Part shown: piece after piece, positions 12,992 through 25,221 of the stretch | How positions within the stretch are numbered: the stretch's first letter is position 1 | Layout of the letters: every line of letters starts with the position of its first letter | Origin: Octopus bimaculoides | Taxonomy: Eukaryota | Length of the DNA stretch: 64,000 bases | Direction: 5' to 3' | NCBI RefSeq assembly: GCF_001194135.2 | Contig: NC_068992.1 | Location: 22,503,023-22,567,022 of the forward strand | Translations under genes and position numbers: made by a program | Notes under the pieces: model-generated | Seen by the model: the letters and a program-made list of their open reading frames with translations, nothing else | What the model was told of the DNA's origin: nothing | Database searches by the model: none

Positions 12992-13268
12992 TTAGATAGA
13001 TATTAATAAAACGTTAAATTTTGGAGAACTGTATTGTAAACGCAATAGCAGAGAGGACGTCCGTAAAATTGCATTGCACGTTTTAAAAGATTGTGTGCCG
13101 TTACCGAAATATGTCCCTTTATATTCCGAGAATGAATTACTCCCTATTGTAGTCCTATTGAAGCATTTTACTGTAGTTATTTCTGTTAGATCTATCGTAG
13201 TTTTGGTTCTTGGTCTTATGTTGATGATGTTGCCCTTGTCTTTGTATTTCTCACAGTCGATAATACTG
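12992..13268 (-). CDS. candidate coding exon, unknown product
   Basis: 100-codon stop-free frame (13294-12992) in unique sequence, not listed in the track because it lacks an early start codon: ...SIIDCEKYKDKGNIINIRPRTKTTIDLTEITTVKCFNRTTIGSNSFSEYKGTYFGNGTQSFKTCNAIL... Possible acceptor TTCTTATCGCTTTAG. No family recognised. Confidence 0.25.
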
Positions 13269-14683
13269 CTAAAGCGATAAGAATATTTTCCTTTTCAACA
13301 GTCATTGGTCTCATAGAACTGCAATGAACAGTTACTCAAAGAAATAGAACTTTTTAATATAACCAGAAATCCTGTATGTATACTTTAACCATATAATTTA
13401 TGAAGTAATCCTAGGTATATTATTAAATAACTCCAGAATTTCTGTGAATTGTACACTGCAATAATTAAGTTTATGCGTTAGAAATACGAAGCCTAATTTA
13501 CCTCAGATCATATCCTCTCTTATAAAGTAGGTGGGATGGCCATAGGTAGAAAGCGTTTCTATCATAAACTGGCTTGATGAGGATTGATTTCGATCGAAAA
13601 AAATGAAAACATATATATGGCAGAAACAGTGAGTACACGTACATACATGATGGTTTATTCTCGATTCCAAGTATGCTATCAGTTGTTTTTTATTGTGAAG
13701 CGTGTGCATCCCAGCTGCAGCTTTCCAGTCTCCATATGAACATATAATCCTTTGCATAGCTGTGGCAATGATGGGCACCTCTGACAGCGAGTGTTCACAG
13801 AGCTTACTACCTACGGTGACACATGCCTTAATTATTTCAAGGAATTTTTTTACAGAGTGCCTGGCATACTGTGCATCACGTAACAGAAATGTTAAAACTC
13901 AAATGATGTTTGTGCTTGAGGTATTTATAAGTGAAGAAAGGCCTTGCAGAGAGCTCAGCCAACTCTCTAAATAACGTGTGCGTTTGCCCCCAAAGAAGAC
14001 CTATATAACTGAGATGTTCTATAGCGGTGATTCTATTTATTTCATGGGCACTTTGAGACGTTGCATGTTCGAGCCTTCGACGTTTAAAACGGCAACCATA
14101 CGAAGCTTGCTTGGTAAGAAAGGTGGTTTTCGTTGGACACTCTGCAGGACGAAAAATAGACCTACCGACATATATACACGTACACATAAACACACACAAA
14201 AAATGTATTATGCAGTATTTCTATTGTAACAAATTATTTAATGTTCATGTTAGGAGGAAGATATCTGTCGAAGTTAAGATGAAATAGGGTCCCATCCATC
14301 TTACTATGTGTAAGGTGGGCCACATACTTTTCTCCCGGCATGAAACATAACGTAATTTATTTCAAACAAGCTATTGCATATACAATCTTAAGTCTCAAAT
14401 GTATTGATTGTTTTATTTTGCTGAACCTATTAAAACGTGAACTATACATCATATATGTAGATGTGGGTGTGGATGTCTGTTTAAAAAGAGATTTTATATG
14501 TAAAATAGGTGTACGTAATTCATTTCTCATTGTCGTATTTATTAAGTAAACGTAGAATAATTGCGAAATGGGTATGCATAGTTTAAATGTTGCATATTTC
14601 TAAAATATTAATTTCTTACATAGGTGCAAGAGCAGATAATTAGTTAAATGTTACGTTCCAACTCTCGAATGCTTCTTCAATTC

Positions 14684-14812
14684 ATCGAGCCCTGAAATGT
14701 AAAAAATGAAGTTGGCGATAACGGTATTTGAACTTAGAACGTAATAATATTTAACTAAATACCACATAAGCATTTGTTTCATGTAATAACGATTTCGCTA
14801 ATCCACCGACTC
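14684..14812 (-). mobile_element. old SINE family B remnant
   Basis: ATCGAGCCCTGAAATG...TTTGAACTTAGAACGTAA...TAAGCATTT...TAACGATTTCGCTAATCCACCG. Confidence 0.55.
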
Positions 14813-16131
14813 TCTAATGTATCAATTACAAGGTTTATGATTATTCCCATCCCATTTCGTAGTCTTTGTACATCGTTATGTTTGTATCTGTTATGATATT
14901 ATCATTATGACCCACCTCCATCACAAATATTATAAACTTAGTAATTGACACAGAGATAGCCATCAGCTTAACAATACTCCCATTTAGGCCAATACTGCTT
15001 TTAATGATCTTCTACTAATTGCTAAAGCAAAGCTTTCAACTATGTATCATGGGTAATGTTCCTAGCATTGTAAACTGAAATTATTATAGAGACTGGATCA
15101 CATTCTATCCCCCACAGTAATACTGACATTTATCTCAATAATAAATATTGACTATCATATGCATTAAGAATGCATTGATCAATATGTGTTTTACAAATGT
15201 TTCCATAAAGTACAATTTATTACAATATAAGTCTTTGAAATTCAATTCATTCACAAGTTTATAATATCGTTTGGTTTTATGTCATTTATCTTGTAAATAT
15301 ATTCCTTGTGTGCAATCCCAAAGGGAGTCACCTAAATTAACCATTTCACAATTTGTACAAGAGTCAGTGAGTTTCATATCTTGTGCCAGTTAGAAACGTG
15401 TTTGCTACTATAAATATATTATCAACGGGAAGAAAGAAAAAAATATTGGTATTGTAGACATACCTTCACTGAGCAGCTGCCTTATTTGTCTATATAATGA
15501 GAAAATACGGTAGAGAAAAGAATAGATTTGTTAAAAATAGACATAAAAAACCAAACAACTTTTGTATATTTCATAACCATTTATCTTTCTTAGACATTAC
15601 TATGACTCTGCTCATTTTGCTAATAAATAATGTAGCGATTGGATATACGGAGGAGTTTAGTAAATTGGTTGTTGGTACGTAAGAGATAATATATATTGTG
15701 TTAATTTACAAAAAGAGTCAGTTGTGTGTTGACTAAAAAAGAAATATACGATATAAAAGGGTTTATTGTTATAAAGAAACAATAAGGTTTTCTTATGCCA
15801 AATATTGAGTGTCCTTACATTTCGTTTTTATTTGACGTCGTGCATTTATAGACAAAATTTACTTCTCATGCTTTTCGTCGGAGGGAGAAAATATGTTTAA
15901 TTTAGTGAATAGAGTCGAACAATAAAGTAATGTATGATTTTCTTTTTTTTTCTTTTAGTGCTTATACTCTTCCATACATATCCCTGTGCTACCAAGTGTG
16001 CCGCTGTTAAACTGTAGGAAGCAAGTCTATATGTTGAGGTTCAAAGCATGTAGTTAGTACCATGTGTGCTTCAGAAAAAAAATGACAGCTGTTTCAAATC
16101 AGAGAAACTGATTAAGGATGTGAATGGATTA

Positions 16132-17257
16132 TATCAGGGCGTTCCATAACTAATGTCATGGGATTTTTATTGTCAAATTCTAAACCCTTTAACAATACTT
16201 TAGAATGTCTAATGGTATCAAGTAATATTTATATGCATTTGAACATATTTCAACCAATTAATTTTCATTTTTCAGGATAATCTAAATGGAATTTTACTAA
16301 TTAGAGCTCTTCAAACAAGCAAGAGTTTAAGGAGCATTTGAGGCACATAATGCATTATGAGTTTACGAAAGGAACTCTGCAGATGAATCGACTAGAAATA
16401 TTCACTCAGCTTATGGTGTTCCTGAATGAAAGAACTTGCCAAAGAATGTTTTGTAAACTTGAGAATTGGATATTTCATATTTGAAGATGAGGCCCGAACA
16501 GGACGTCTAATTGAGTTTGATGACAAGCTCATTTTGGGAGAACTTGAAAAAGATCATGCAGTTTCAGTTGAGTAATTCGGTAGCAAGTTTCGTTCAAGTA
16601 ATACAATTCTTCACCGCCATTTTTGACAGCTGGGAAAGATCCCAAAACTCGCAAAATGAATTTTGTCTAAAATCAACCGCAAATCCCGAGTGGACATCGG
16701 CTCTTCTCTTCGTTCTCGTGAACTCATCTCGCCCTTTTTGGACAGACTGGAAACCGGTTCTCCTAATGAAACTTTAAGCGTCGTACACATTGGCTTGGTG
16801 AGGGACAAAAGGCCCAACCACAACCGAAAATGGAAGAAGTTTATCTCGTTTTGAAACAAAAGGCCTGTTTTAATGAATCGAGAGGGAGTGTTATTTCATC
16901 AGGACAATTCAATACCACATACTGCAAAGACCTCGTCTCAGTAGACCGAGGAACTTAGGTAGATGGAAATGGCTCAATCGCATTATTTCCCAAACCTTTC
17001 TACCTTCGATTACCGTAATTTACAAAGTCATTTGCCTGGCTTAACTCTCAAAACAACTAAGGAAGATGAAAGTGACCTTTCAGAATTCTCTTCGAAACCG
17101 AGTTTTTCACTAATAGGATTAAAAAGCTTGCAAGTAGATGGAAAGATGTCATAGATAATATGGAAAGTATATTGACGATTAAGTTTCATTAAGTGTAAGA
17201 TTTGATCATTTCTTTTCCTTATTTAAGATCCGGACATTACCTAAGTGATGACCTTAT
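16132..17257 (+). mobile_element. degenerate mariner with both TIRs, internally deleted
   Basis: Left TIR TATCAGGGCGTTCCATAACTAATGTC; right TIR (reverse complement) TATAAGGTCATCACTTAGGTAATGTCCGGAT. Transposase remnants HIMHYEF, EDEARTGRLIEFD, FLDRLETG, GVLFHQDNSIPHT, HYFPNL (YSPDL), IKKLASRWKDVID. Confidence 0.85.
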
Positions 17258-17429
17258 AATAATGATAGTGTGGACCCAAATAGGAACAAGGCCAATTATG
17301 CTACTGAAAATTAAGAATCCCTGTTATTATAGGAGTGTGGGTTGGAATTATATTAGATGTATAGAACTACCGACTAATTTCAGGTTGCACAACAATAACC
17401 TCCCCGCCCCCCCAAAAAAACGGACCCGG

Positions 17430-17635
17430 CAGAATGGTTAACAAGCAGGACAAAACTCTTATTGCTATTTCTTTCGGAATTGCGTACTGAGTTCAAAGTC
17501 AGTCAAAGATGGTATTGCTTTTTATCATTTCGGAGTGGATAGTTTTAAGTACCAGTTAAGCGATGGGGTCAATGTACTGGACTAGGCTCCTTCCCCGAGA
17601 TTTTCAGGACTTCTGCCTATAGCAGAAAGAGAAAA
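17430..17635 (+). mobile_element. old SINE family B remnant
   Basis: ACTGAGTTCAAA..TTTATCATTTCGGAGTGGATAG..AAGTACCAGTT..GCCTATAGCAGAAAG. Confidence 0.6.
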
Positions 17636-18418
17636 AAAACGATTATAAGGCTAAAATGTACACTAATACATTTATGGAATGAAAACTAATAAGCGTTTTG
17701 ACATGTTTTGAACTCAGAATAGTAAAGTACAAAATAATATACAACAGAACATCATTAGTAGTCTACTAGTGTTTGCATCGTAATATTTCTTTTACGTTTT
17801 TTTTATCACAAAATTGAACGAGAGGAGAGAAATGGCAGACAATACTGTGGTTTATGAATCTGTTTAAGTGTTCCTTTATCAAATTTCAGAGGTGATCTGA
17901 ATATATTAATATAATTGCAAATCAAAATATCAAACTAAACGGTTCAATTTTTTTCAATACTTTTTATAAATATTAATTTATAAATTCTCATTCTTTACAA
18001 CTTCATATTTTTTCAATTAATACTTGTTTTTGTTTTCCTCTCTATTTGTAATAGATCAAATTTAATTTCATTGCATCATTTCCAATTAATTCTTCCTAAA
18101 AATATCTATAGGGTGTAAACAAATATAGATTGATGACTTTAAATGATTAATCTTCGGAAACATAAATATTCAAAATTGTCTAGAGTTGTGTTGGTTTTCC
18201 AGACTATAAACCTCTTGTTTTGTATCTTTATCTAGGCATACAGTGTTTCAATTTATATATATATATCCACCCATCTTGAGACTGTATTTTCTTGCATACA
18301 CATTAATGCGCGTCTCTATATAACTACGAACTCTACACATAAATATACATCCCGCCCACACACATTTACAACATATATATATATATATATATATACATAT
18401 ATATACATATATATACAT

Positions 18419-18476
<58 letters not shown>

Positions 18477-19300
18477 TGACGACAAAAGAATGAATGAGAC
18501 CTCGATTTTATGNNNNNNNNNNATGAATGAGACCTCGATTTCATGTAAAATAGAGGAATTTATCTATAAATATAATATGTAACAATTAGTTCGTTGTACT
18601 GGGGCTGAAGTCTGCTCCGGCATCTCATCAGTTATTAAGACAAAACGCTATAGTCCGTTGAATAAAGGGAAATTACTCCAATATGCATGGTGAAAGTAAT
18701 ACTTCATTCATACAATCCACATATGCACACATATACACACACATAAGTATATATATATCTATATACATACTCACACACGCGTGTACATGTACATGTAAAT
18801 ACACATATATACATATACGAGTCTACGCATACACGCGCATACACACGCATATATACCCATGCACGCATCGCTATGCTCATATACACATCTCTACACGTAC
18901 ACACACACACACCTACATACGCGGATATGCAAAAACGTAGTGTATACGCACATGCATATAGATACGCGGAGAACGTATATAGAAAGAAAAGCACATACGC
19001 AAAAAACGCACGCATCATTATGTTCATATACACAACTCTATACGCACATACACATACATAACGTAGTCTATACGCACATGCACATACATACGCGGATAGA
19101 CGTATATAAAAAAGAACACGCAAAATCATTCACATTCGCCGCAAAATTTGAATATACAAATGAGTTATATATGTATATACACAAATACACCCTCTTGTCT
19201 GTCAAACACATCTACACCTGCAGATATATAAATGTATATGCATACATATATGTATCAAGGAAGGAGACAAGTACAGCAGGTGGAGTCTTGCACTCGTATA

Positions 19301-19746
19301 TATCAGGTCATCCCATAAGTTCTGCCCGATTTTAACTTTTTTAAAATTGAATGAAATTTAATAGTACTTTAGAGTGTCTAATGGAATTAAAAATTGGTTT
19401 TATACATCCGTGTACATTTAAACTAATTAAATATTATTTTACAGAATAATAGAATTAAAATTTCTTTGATTAAAACCCTTTCTAACGTGGAAGTATCCAA
19501 AGGAAATTGAGGCACATAATGCGTTATGAGCACAAAAAGGGAAACTCTGCAGCCGAAGCAACTCGGAACATACACTCAGTTTATGGGAAAGTATGCTTGA
19601 ATAAAAGAACTTACAGAAGATGTTTTGCAAAATTCAGAAGTGGAGATTTAAGCCTTGAAGAGGAAGATCGAACAGGACGTCCAGTTGAGTTTCATGATAA
19701 GCTCCTTGAGGCATTACTTGAAGAAAATCCTGCATTATCACTGTAA
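19301..19746 (+). mobile_element. mariner 5' fragment (TIR plus N-terminal HTH), same family as 16132-17257
   Basis: TIR TATCAGGTCATCCCATAAGTTCTGCCCGATTTT; ORF 19507-19746 MRHIMRYEHKKGNSAAEATRNIHSVYG..FAKFRSGDLSLEEEDRTGRPVEF is a typical mariner HTH region. Confidence 0.92.
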
Positions 19747-20500
19747 GATGCAGTGGACTCATATTTCAAAACCTGAGCAACATCTTATAGTAAAAACAAC
19801 TGTAAGCTAATGAAGTTTATAAGACAACCGTGTATTCCTGTGTCATCTCATTCGCTTATTACTGTTCTGCAGTTGACTAATGTTTCGTTGTGTTGCGTCT
19901 TGAATCTGAGTTTGAACTGAGTGTTTATATTTTTCATAAGCAGTGTTGTCCAGTTCCTAAGTAATACAGAACGATGGCATGTACTAGCGCGTTAAGTTCT
20001 TTACTTTATTATTTCCTTCAAATCAAATTAATATATCTGCTCTTAGAAGCAACAGAGTCCGCTTATATTCTTAAGAACACATTATCAGGTAAACGTCAAT
20101 GTTACTAATAAAATTTTGTGAGCAACATTTATTTTCTAAAAAATAATGATATTCAGCTGCTCAGCAAGACACATATTATCAAGAACGAATAGCTACATTT
20201 TTATATTACAGAATTACATTTTGTTATGTCTGTCTGTAATGTTGATACTATTCAAATTGTTTGAATTTAACAAGGACGAAATAAGAATATACACAATTGA
20301 TTCAACGGGCAACACATCCTTTTAAGAATCACAGTAACCTTGCATACTTCTGTTCAGATAACTAATTCATTCTTTCTTTCCCTTTCTCTCATTCTTCATG
20401 TGTACATGTATCTGTGTGGATATATTTGCATATGCGCGTCTACGCAAAACTCAGTATTAGCTATCGTACATCTAACTCTACTGACGTGATATAATATATA

Positions 20501-20600
20501 TTCTGATATTTATTTCAGTCATTTGACTGCAGCCATGCTGGAGCACCGCCTCTAGTCGAACAAATCGACTCCAGGACTTATTCTTTGAAAGCCTAGTACT
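20501..20600 (-). mobile_element. SINE family A 3' tail
   Basis: TTTCAGTCATTTGACTGCAGCCATGCTGGAGCACCGCC..CCAGGACTTATTCTTTG..CCTAGTACTT. Confidence 0.85.
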
Positions 20601-20781
<181 letters not shown>

Positions 20782-21095
20782 NNNNNNNNNNNNNNNNNNN
20801 NNNNNNNNNNNNNNNNNNNNNNNNNNNNNNNNNNNNNNNNNNNNNNNNNNNNNNNNNNNNNNNNNNNNNNNNNNNNNNNNNNNNNNNNNNNNNNNNNNNN
20901 NNNNNNNNNNNNNNNNNNNNNNNNNNNNNNNNNNNNNNNNNNNNNNNNNNNNNNNNNNNNNNNNNNNNNNNNNNNNNNNNNNNNNNNNNNNNNNNNNNNN
21001 NNNNNNNNNNNNNNNNNNNNNNNNNNNNNNNNNNNNNNNNNNNNNNNNNNNNNNNNNNNNNNNNNNNNNNNNNNNNNNNNNNNNNNNNNNNNNNN

Positions 21096-21128
<33 letters not shown>

Positions 21129-21427
21129 CAGAATGGGAAAAGAACATAAAACGTCCAGTCAGTTAGGTGATACAAGAAAGGGACAAAACATCCAGATAGA
21201 CGATACAAAGAAACTACGGACAGGTCAATCGGAGTTTGTCTGCATGTGTGTGTTTGTGTGTGTGCCTTAATAAGCTATAAAAAGAGACGAATCCCCTCAA
21301 AAAATTAATATCTGAAGATTTTACTAGAATAGATGGAAGCGCTAATACACACACACACACACATACACACACGCATACACACATACACACACACACATAT
21401 ATGTACATATATACTTATGTATATGCT

Positions 21428-21620
21428 TGTGTGTCTGTGTTTGTCCCCCACCATCGATGTTGGTGTATCTACGCACCGTAACTTAGCCGTTCGGCTTAAT
21501 TGACCGATAGAATAAGTACTAGACTTACAAAAGAATAAGTACTGGGGTCGATTTGTTCGATTAAAGACGGTGTTCCAGCATGGCCGCAGTCAAAATACTG
21601 AAATAGATAAAAGAATAAAA
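21428..21620 (+). mobile_element. SINE family A 3' half
   Basis: GTGTCTGTGTTTGTCCCCC..GACCGATAGAATAAGTACTAG..CCAGCATGGCCGCAGTCAAA..AAAAGAATAAAA. Confidence 0.85.
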
Positions 21621-21924
21621 TAATATATATGTATATATCTTATATATATATCAAATATATATAAAGACATACATATATAAATATAATATATATATATATA
21701 TATATATACTTCCATACATGCATATATGTGTTTGTGTATATATGTATGCATATACAGTTGTGTGTGTATGTACCATTGTCTTGCAATGGTACTGCAAGAA
21801 TGAAAGGAAGGAATATAAGAATAACCCAGAAGGTTCACAGAAATTATCGTAAGCAGTAATTTCTGTCCATAACCAATCAATATGAAACTTTGTATTGACC
21901 TATGATACTTTGTATTGACCTCCC

Positions 21925-22200
21925 TATTGACACCGAATGAATTTGCACAATCAGGATTCGTACTAATATTTTCTGTACTTCCTTGAAATTTATGGAGTTA
22001 CTGGGAAATGACTATCACAGTTCGAAAGTTACTTAAGCCAAAGGTACCAGTTTGTGCAAAGTGATGATATTGAAACCGTATACAAATCAATACCTTACCA
22101 CGTTCCAAAAGGCTCAATATTAGGTCCATTCATTTTTCCAATATATGTTTAATGATATGTACCACGCAGTTTCACTTCTATATGTTGTCATGTTTGACGC
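21925..22200 (+). mobile_element. CR1/L2-group LINE reverse-transcriptase fragment
   Basis: Frame reads LEIYGVTGK*LSQFESYLSQRYQFV..SIPYHVPKGSILGPFIFPIYV, matching the YGIRG..SYLSNRKQFV..GVPQGSILGP RT motif. Confidence 0.8.
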
Positions 22201-22252
22201 TTTGTAATAAGAATCTTGTCTTAGCTGGTAAAGACTATCCTATCGCATATTC

Positions 22253-22465
22253 ATTTCTACTCTAGTCACAATGCCCGAAATTTTAGGGCAGTGGGCTAGT
22301 CGATTAGATCGAACCAGTACGCAACTGGTACTTAATTTATCGGATCCCGAAAGGATGAGAGGCAAAGTCGACCTCGGTGGAATTTGAGCTCAAAACGTAA
22401 AGACAGACAAAATACCGCTAAGCATTTCGCCTAACCTGTTGACGCTTTTGCCAGCTCGCCACGTT
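22253..22465 (-). mobile_element. SINE family B, full length
   Basis: Colinear with 2882-3100 along its whole length. Confidence 0.9.
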
Positions 22466-22924
22466 AAAGACTATGGCATTTTATTTAAAGATAATAATTA
22501 TACATTCTTCCACGTCAGCAATGAAGCTATCTAATGGAGAACAATCGAAAAATAAAGCAACGAGAGAGTCGAGGTTGCAGATAAGATCAAGCAGTTTGAG
22601 GAAAACGTGAATGAGTCACCTAGACAAAAACGTGATCGCTTATATAATTTAGAACATGATTAACGTTAATAAGAGAATTAACATCTGTTGATTTTACGGG
22701 AATTCACGAGAAAAATACTCGGAATACAAAGTTGTTGATCTTGTACTAGTTTTAACAGTAGTATTAGCAGCAGTAGCGACAGCAGTAGTAGAAATAGTTG
22801 TAGTAGTATCAGTGGAACTAGTAGTTATAGTTATAGTGTTATCAGTAACGGTAGTAGAATTATAGAAGTAGTAGTTGTAGTTGTTGCAAATTAGTTCTAA
22901 TATTGTTGTCAAACTTTGGCACAA

Positions 22925-23106
22925 TACGGTTCTATATTTAAGAGATAATGAATTATGCACGATGTTTAGATTATTTACGTATGACGGATATTTGTCCTCA
23001 TTATATTTGTTGTTAACGCGTTTCGTCTGATATACCCTCCAGCCTTCATCAGGTGTCTTGGGGAATTTTCCTAAAGTATTTTTCGAAGTTATAATAATAA
23101 TAATAA

Positions 23107-23138
<32 letters not shown>

Positions 23139-23252
23139 ATGATAGTTATTATTATTATTATCATCATCATCATCATCATCATCATCATCGTCATCATCAT
23201 TCTTCTTCTTCTTCTTCTTCTTCTTCTTCTTCTTCTTCTTCTTCTTCTTCTT

Positions 23253-23339
<87 letters not shown>

Positions 23340-23400
23340 GTTCAGGTCACTGCCTGGAATCGATCTCGGAATGTTGGCGTTAATAGCACGCGATCTTAAC
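22925..23400 (-). mobile_element. tRNA-headed SINE-like element with hammerhead-bearing tail (copy 1)
   Basis: Minus strand: head GTTAAGATCGCGTGCTATTAACGCCAACATTCCGAGATCGATTCCAGGCAGTGACCTGAA, trinucleotide array, CGAAAAATACTTTAGGAA, then GACAC-CTGATGA-A-GGCTG-GAGGGTATAT-CAGAC-GAAACGCGTT (hammerhead 23059-23012). Confidence 0.75.
23092..23339. repeat. compound (AAT)(TTA)(TCA)(TTC)(TTA) trinucleotide array
   Basis: Directly visible. Confidence 0.95.
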
Positions 23401-23473
23401 CCCGATATTCCGAGTTCGATTCCAGGCAGTACCTGAAGAACATAAACAACAACAACAACAATAAACAACAACA

Positions 23474-23528
<55 letters not shown>

Positions 23529-23660
23529 TAATAATAGCATCGAAAAATACCATAGGAATGAGAAACCAGGTTCGAAATTTCCCGAAGACACCTGATAAAG
23601 GCTCGAGGGTGCATCAGCCAAAACGTTGTGCTAATAATGTCAATAAGGCTAGTAATTTCA
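23397..23660 (+). mobile_element. tRNA-headed SINE-like element with hammerhead-bearing tail (copy 2)
   Basis: B-box GAGTTCGATTCC, (AAC/AAT)n, CGAAAAATACCATAGGAATGAGAAACCAGGTTCGAAATTTCCCGAA, then GACAC-CTGATAA-A-GGCT..AGCC-AAAACGTTGTGCT (23585-23632; core mutated). Confidence 0.75.
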
Positions 23661-23822
23661 AGAGAAAAAGTATCTTAAGGCTGCGAGTTGGTAAAAATGT
23701 TAGCATAATGCCTAAATATTTCACTAATTTTCCAAAATCAGGCGAAGTAACACCACCACCCGGTTTGCAATTTATGCTTTTGTACAACACATGACCTTCA
23801 AGCTTTAATTAAATGCAACTGA

Positions 23823-24040
23823 TCCTTCTGGTCCCTTGCAGAAAGGATCTTTGCCAACTTTGCCGATTATCATGTTTTTCATCTCCTGAACAACGATGAC
23901 TCTGTAATTAGTACACCTCCCATGCAGAAAGACTCCACCTTTACAACCCGATTCACATCTGATTCCACAGAACACAGCCTGGACCAATCCCCTCCCAATA
24001 TTTCTCCTTCTATTCCGATAGACACTTTACCTCCCTTAAA
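23823..24040 (+). mobile_element. CR1/L2/Jockey-group LINE ORF2 linker fragment
   Basis: Open frame SFWSLAERIFANF..LLNNDDSVISTPPMQKDSTFTTRFTSDSTEHSLDQSPP resembles the FW.LAKNISNNF..P..KAELF..FA.NSTLD segment upstream of the RT domain. Confidence 0.55.
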
Positions 24041-24044
24041 CGTG

Positions 24045-24215
24045 GCATTTTATACGTCTTTACGTTCTGATTTCAAATTTTAGTGAGAACGAATTTGCCA
24101 TTCATCCTTTCGGGGTCGATAAAGTTAGTACCACTAAAACACCGAAGTCGATGTATTTAACTTACCAAACCACCCGAACTTGCTGGCCTTGTTCCAAAAT
24201 TTGAAACCGATATTA
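24045..24215 (+). mobile_element. diverged SINE family B
   Basis: TTTACGTTCTGATTTCAAATT..GCCATTCATCCTTTCGGGGTCGATAAA..GGCCTTGTTCCAAAATTTGAAACC. Confidence 0.75.
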
Positions 24216-24714
24216 TTGCAGTTGTGGTTTTTATTACTCATAACGTCATTCAGTTTGATGGTTTCGGCCATCTGAAATGGTTAAAGGATTTGAGGAATGA
24301 ATTACTTCATATGTGACGTAATACTCTCAAGAACTTATACTCTTTCTCAAGAAATGAAATACAGCATAACTTTCTACACTCCAATTCAGGAAGCTAATGA
24401 AAATTTAATTATTTAATTATGAACTAATTAATGCAACAGTGTCATTGATTTTAGTGTTCGTTTCTGATTATTCAAGCTTAAATGTAAAGGTGGACTGACA
24501 AAACTAATATAATTTTCGCGGTTTGACTAGAGATAATGATAAAGTGCTAATCAAGACATACGAAACAATGAACCATTTTCCCATTACTCAAACAGTCTTG
24601 AATCAATCCACCGAAGCTTGTTCAGTATATCCCGATTTTGGAAAAAATATTTTCTCTTCTATCAGAAAATGTGCTTTCTCACATGTTTATTTTCATTAGG
24701 ATACCAACCCCAAC

Positions 24715-24748
<34 letters not shown>

Positions 24749-25172
24749 NNNNNNNNNNNNNNNNNNNNNNNNNNNNNNNNNNNNNNNNNNNNNNNNNNNN
24801 NNNNNNNNNNNNNNNNNNNNNNNNNNNNNNNNNNNNNNNNNNNNNNNNNNNNNNNNNNNNNNNNNNNNNNNNNNNNNNNNNNNNNNNNNNNNNNNNNNNN
24901 NNNNNNNNNNNNNNNNNNNNNNNNNNNNNNNNNNNNNNNNNNNNNNNNNNNNNNNNNNNNNNNNNNNNNNNNNNNNNNNNNNNNNNNNNNNNNNNNNNNN
25001 NNNNNNNNNNNNNNNNNNNNNNNNNNNNNNNNNNNNNNNNNNNNNNNNNNNNNNNNNNNNNNNNNNNNNNNNNNNNNNNNNNNNNNNNNNNNNNNNNNNN
25101 NNNNNNNNNNNNNNNNNNNNNNNNNNNNNNNNNNNNNNNNNNNNNNNNNNNNNNNNNNNNNNNNNNNNNNNN

Positions 25173-25221
<49 letters not shown>

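Noticed and set aside
18600-18635. CUGAUGA on the minus strand (hammerhead core or snoRNA C-box)
   Set aside because: No downstream GAAA in register and no D-box or terminal stem.
23397-23430. tRNA gene
   Set aside because: B-box only, with no cloverleaf or acceptor stem; it is a SINE head. The same applies to the heads of families A and B.
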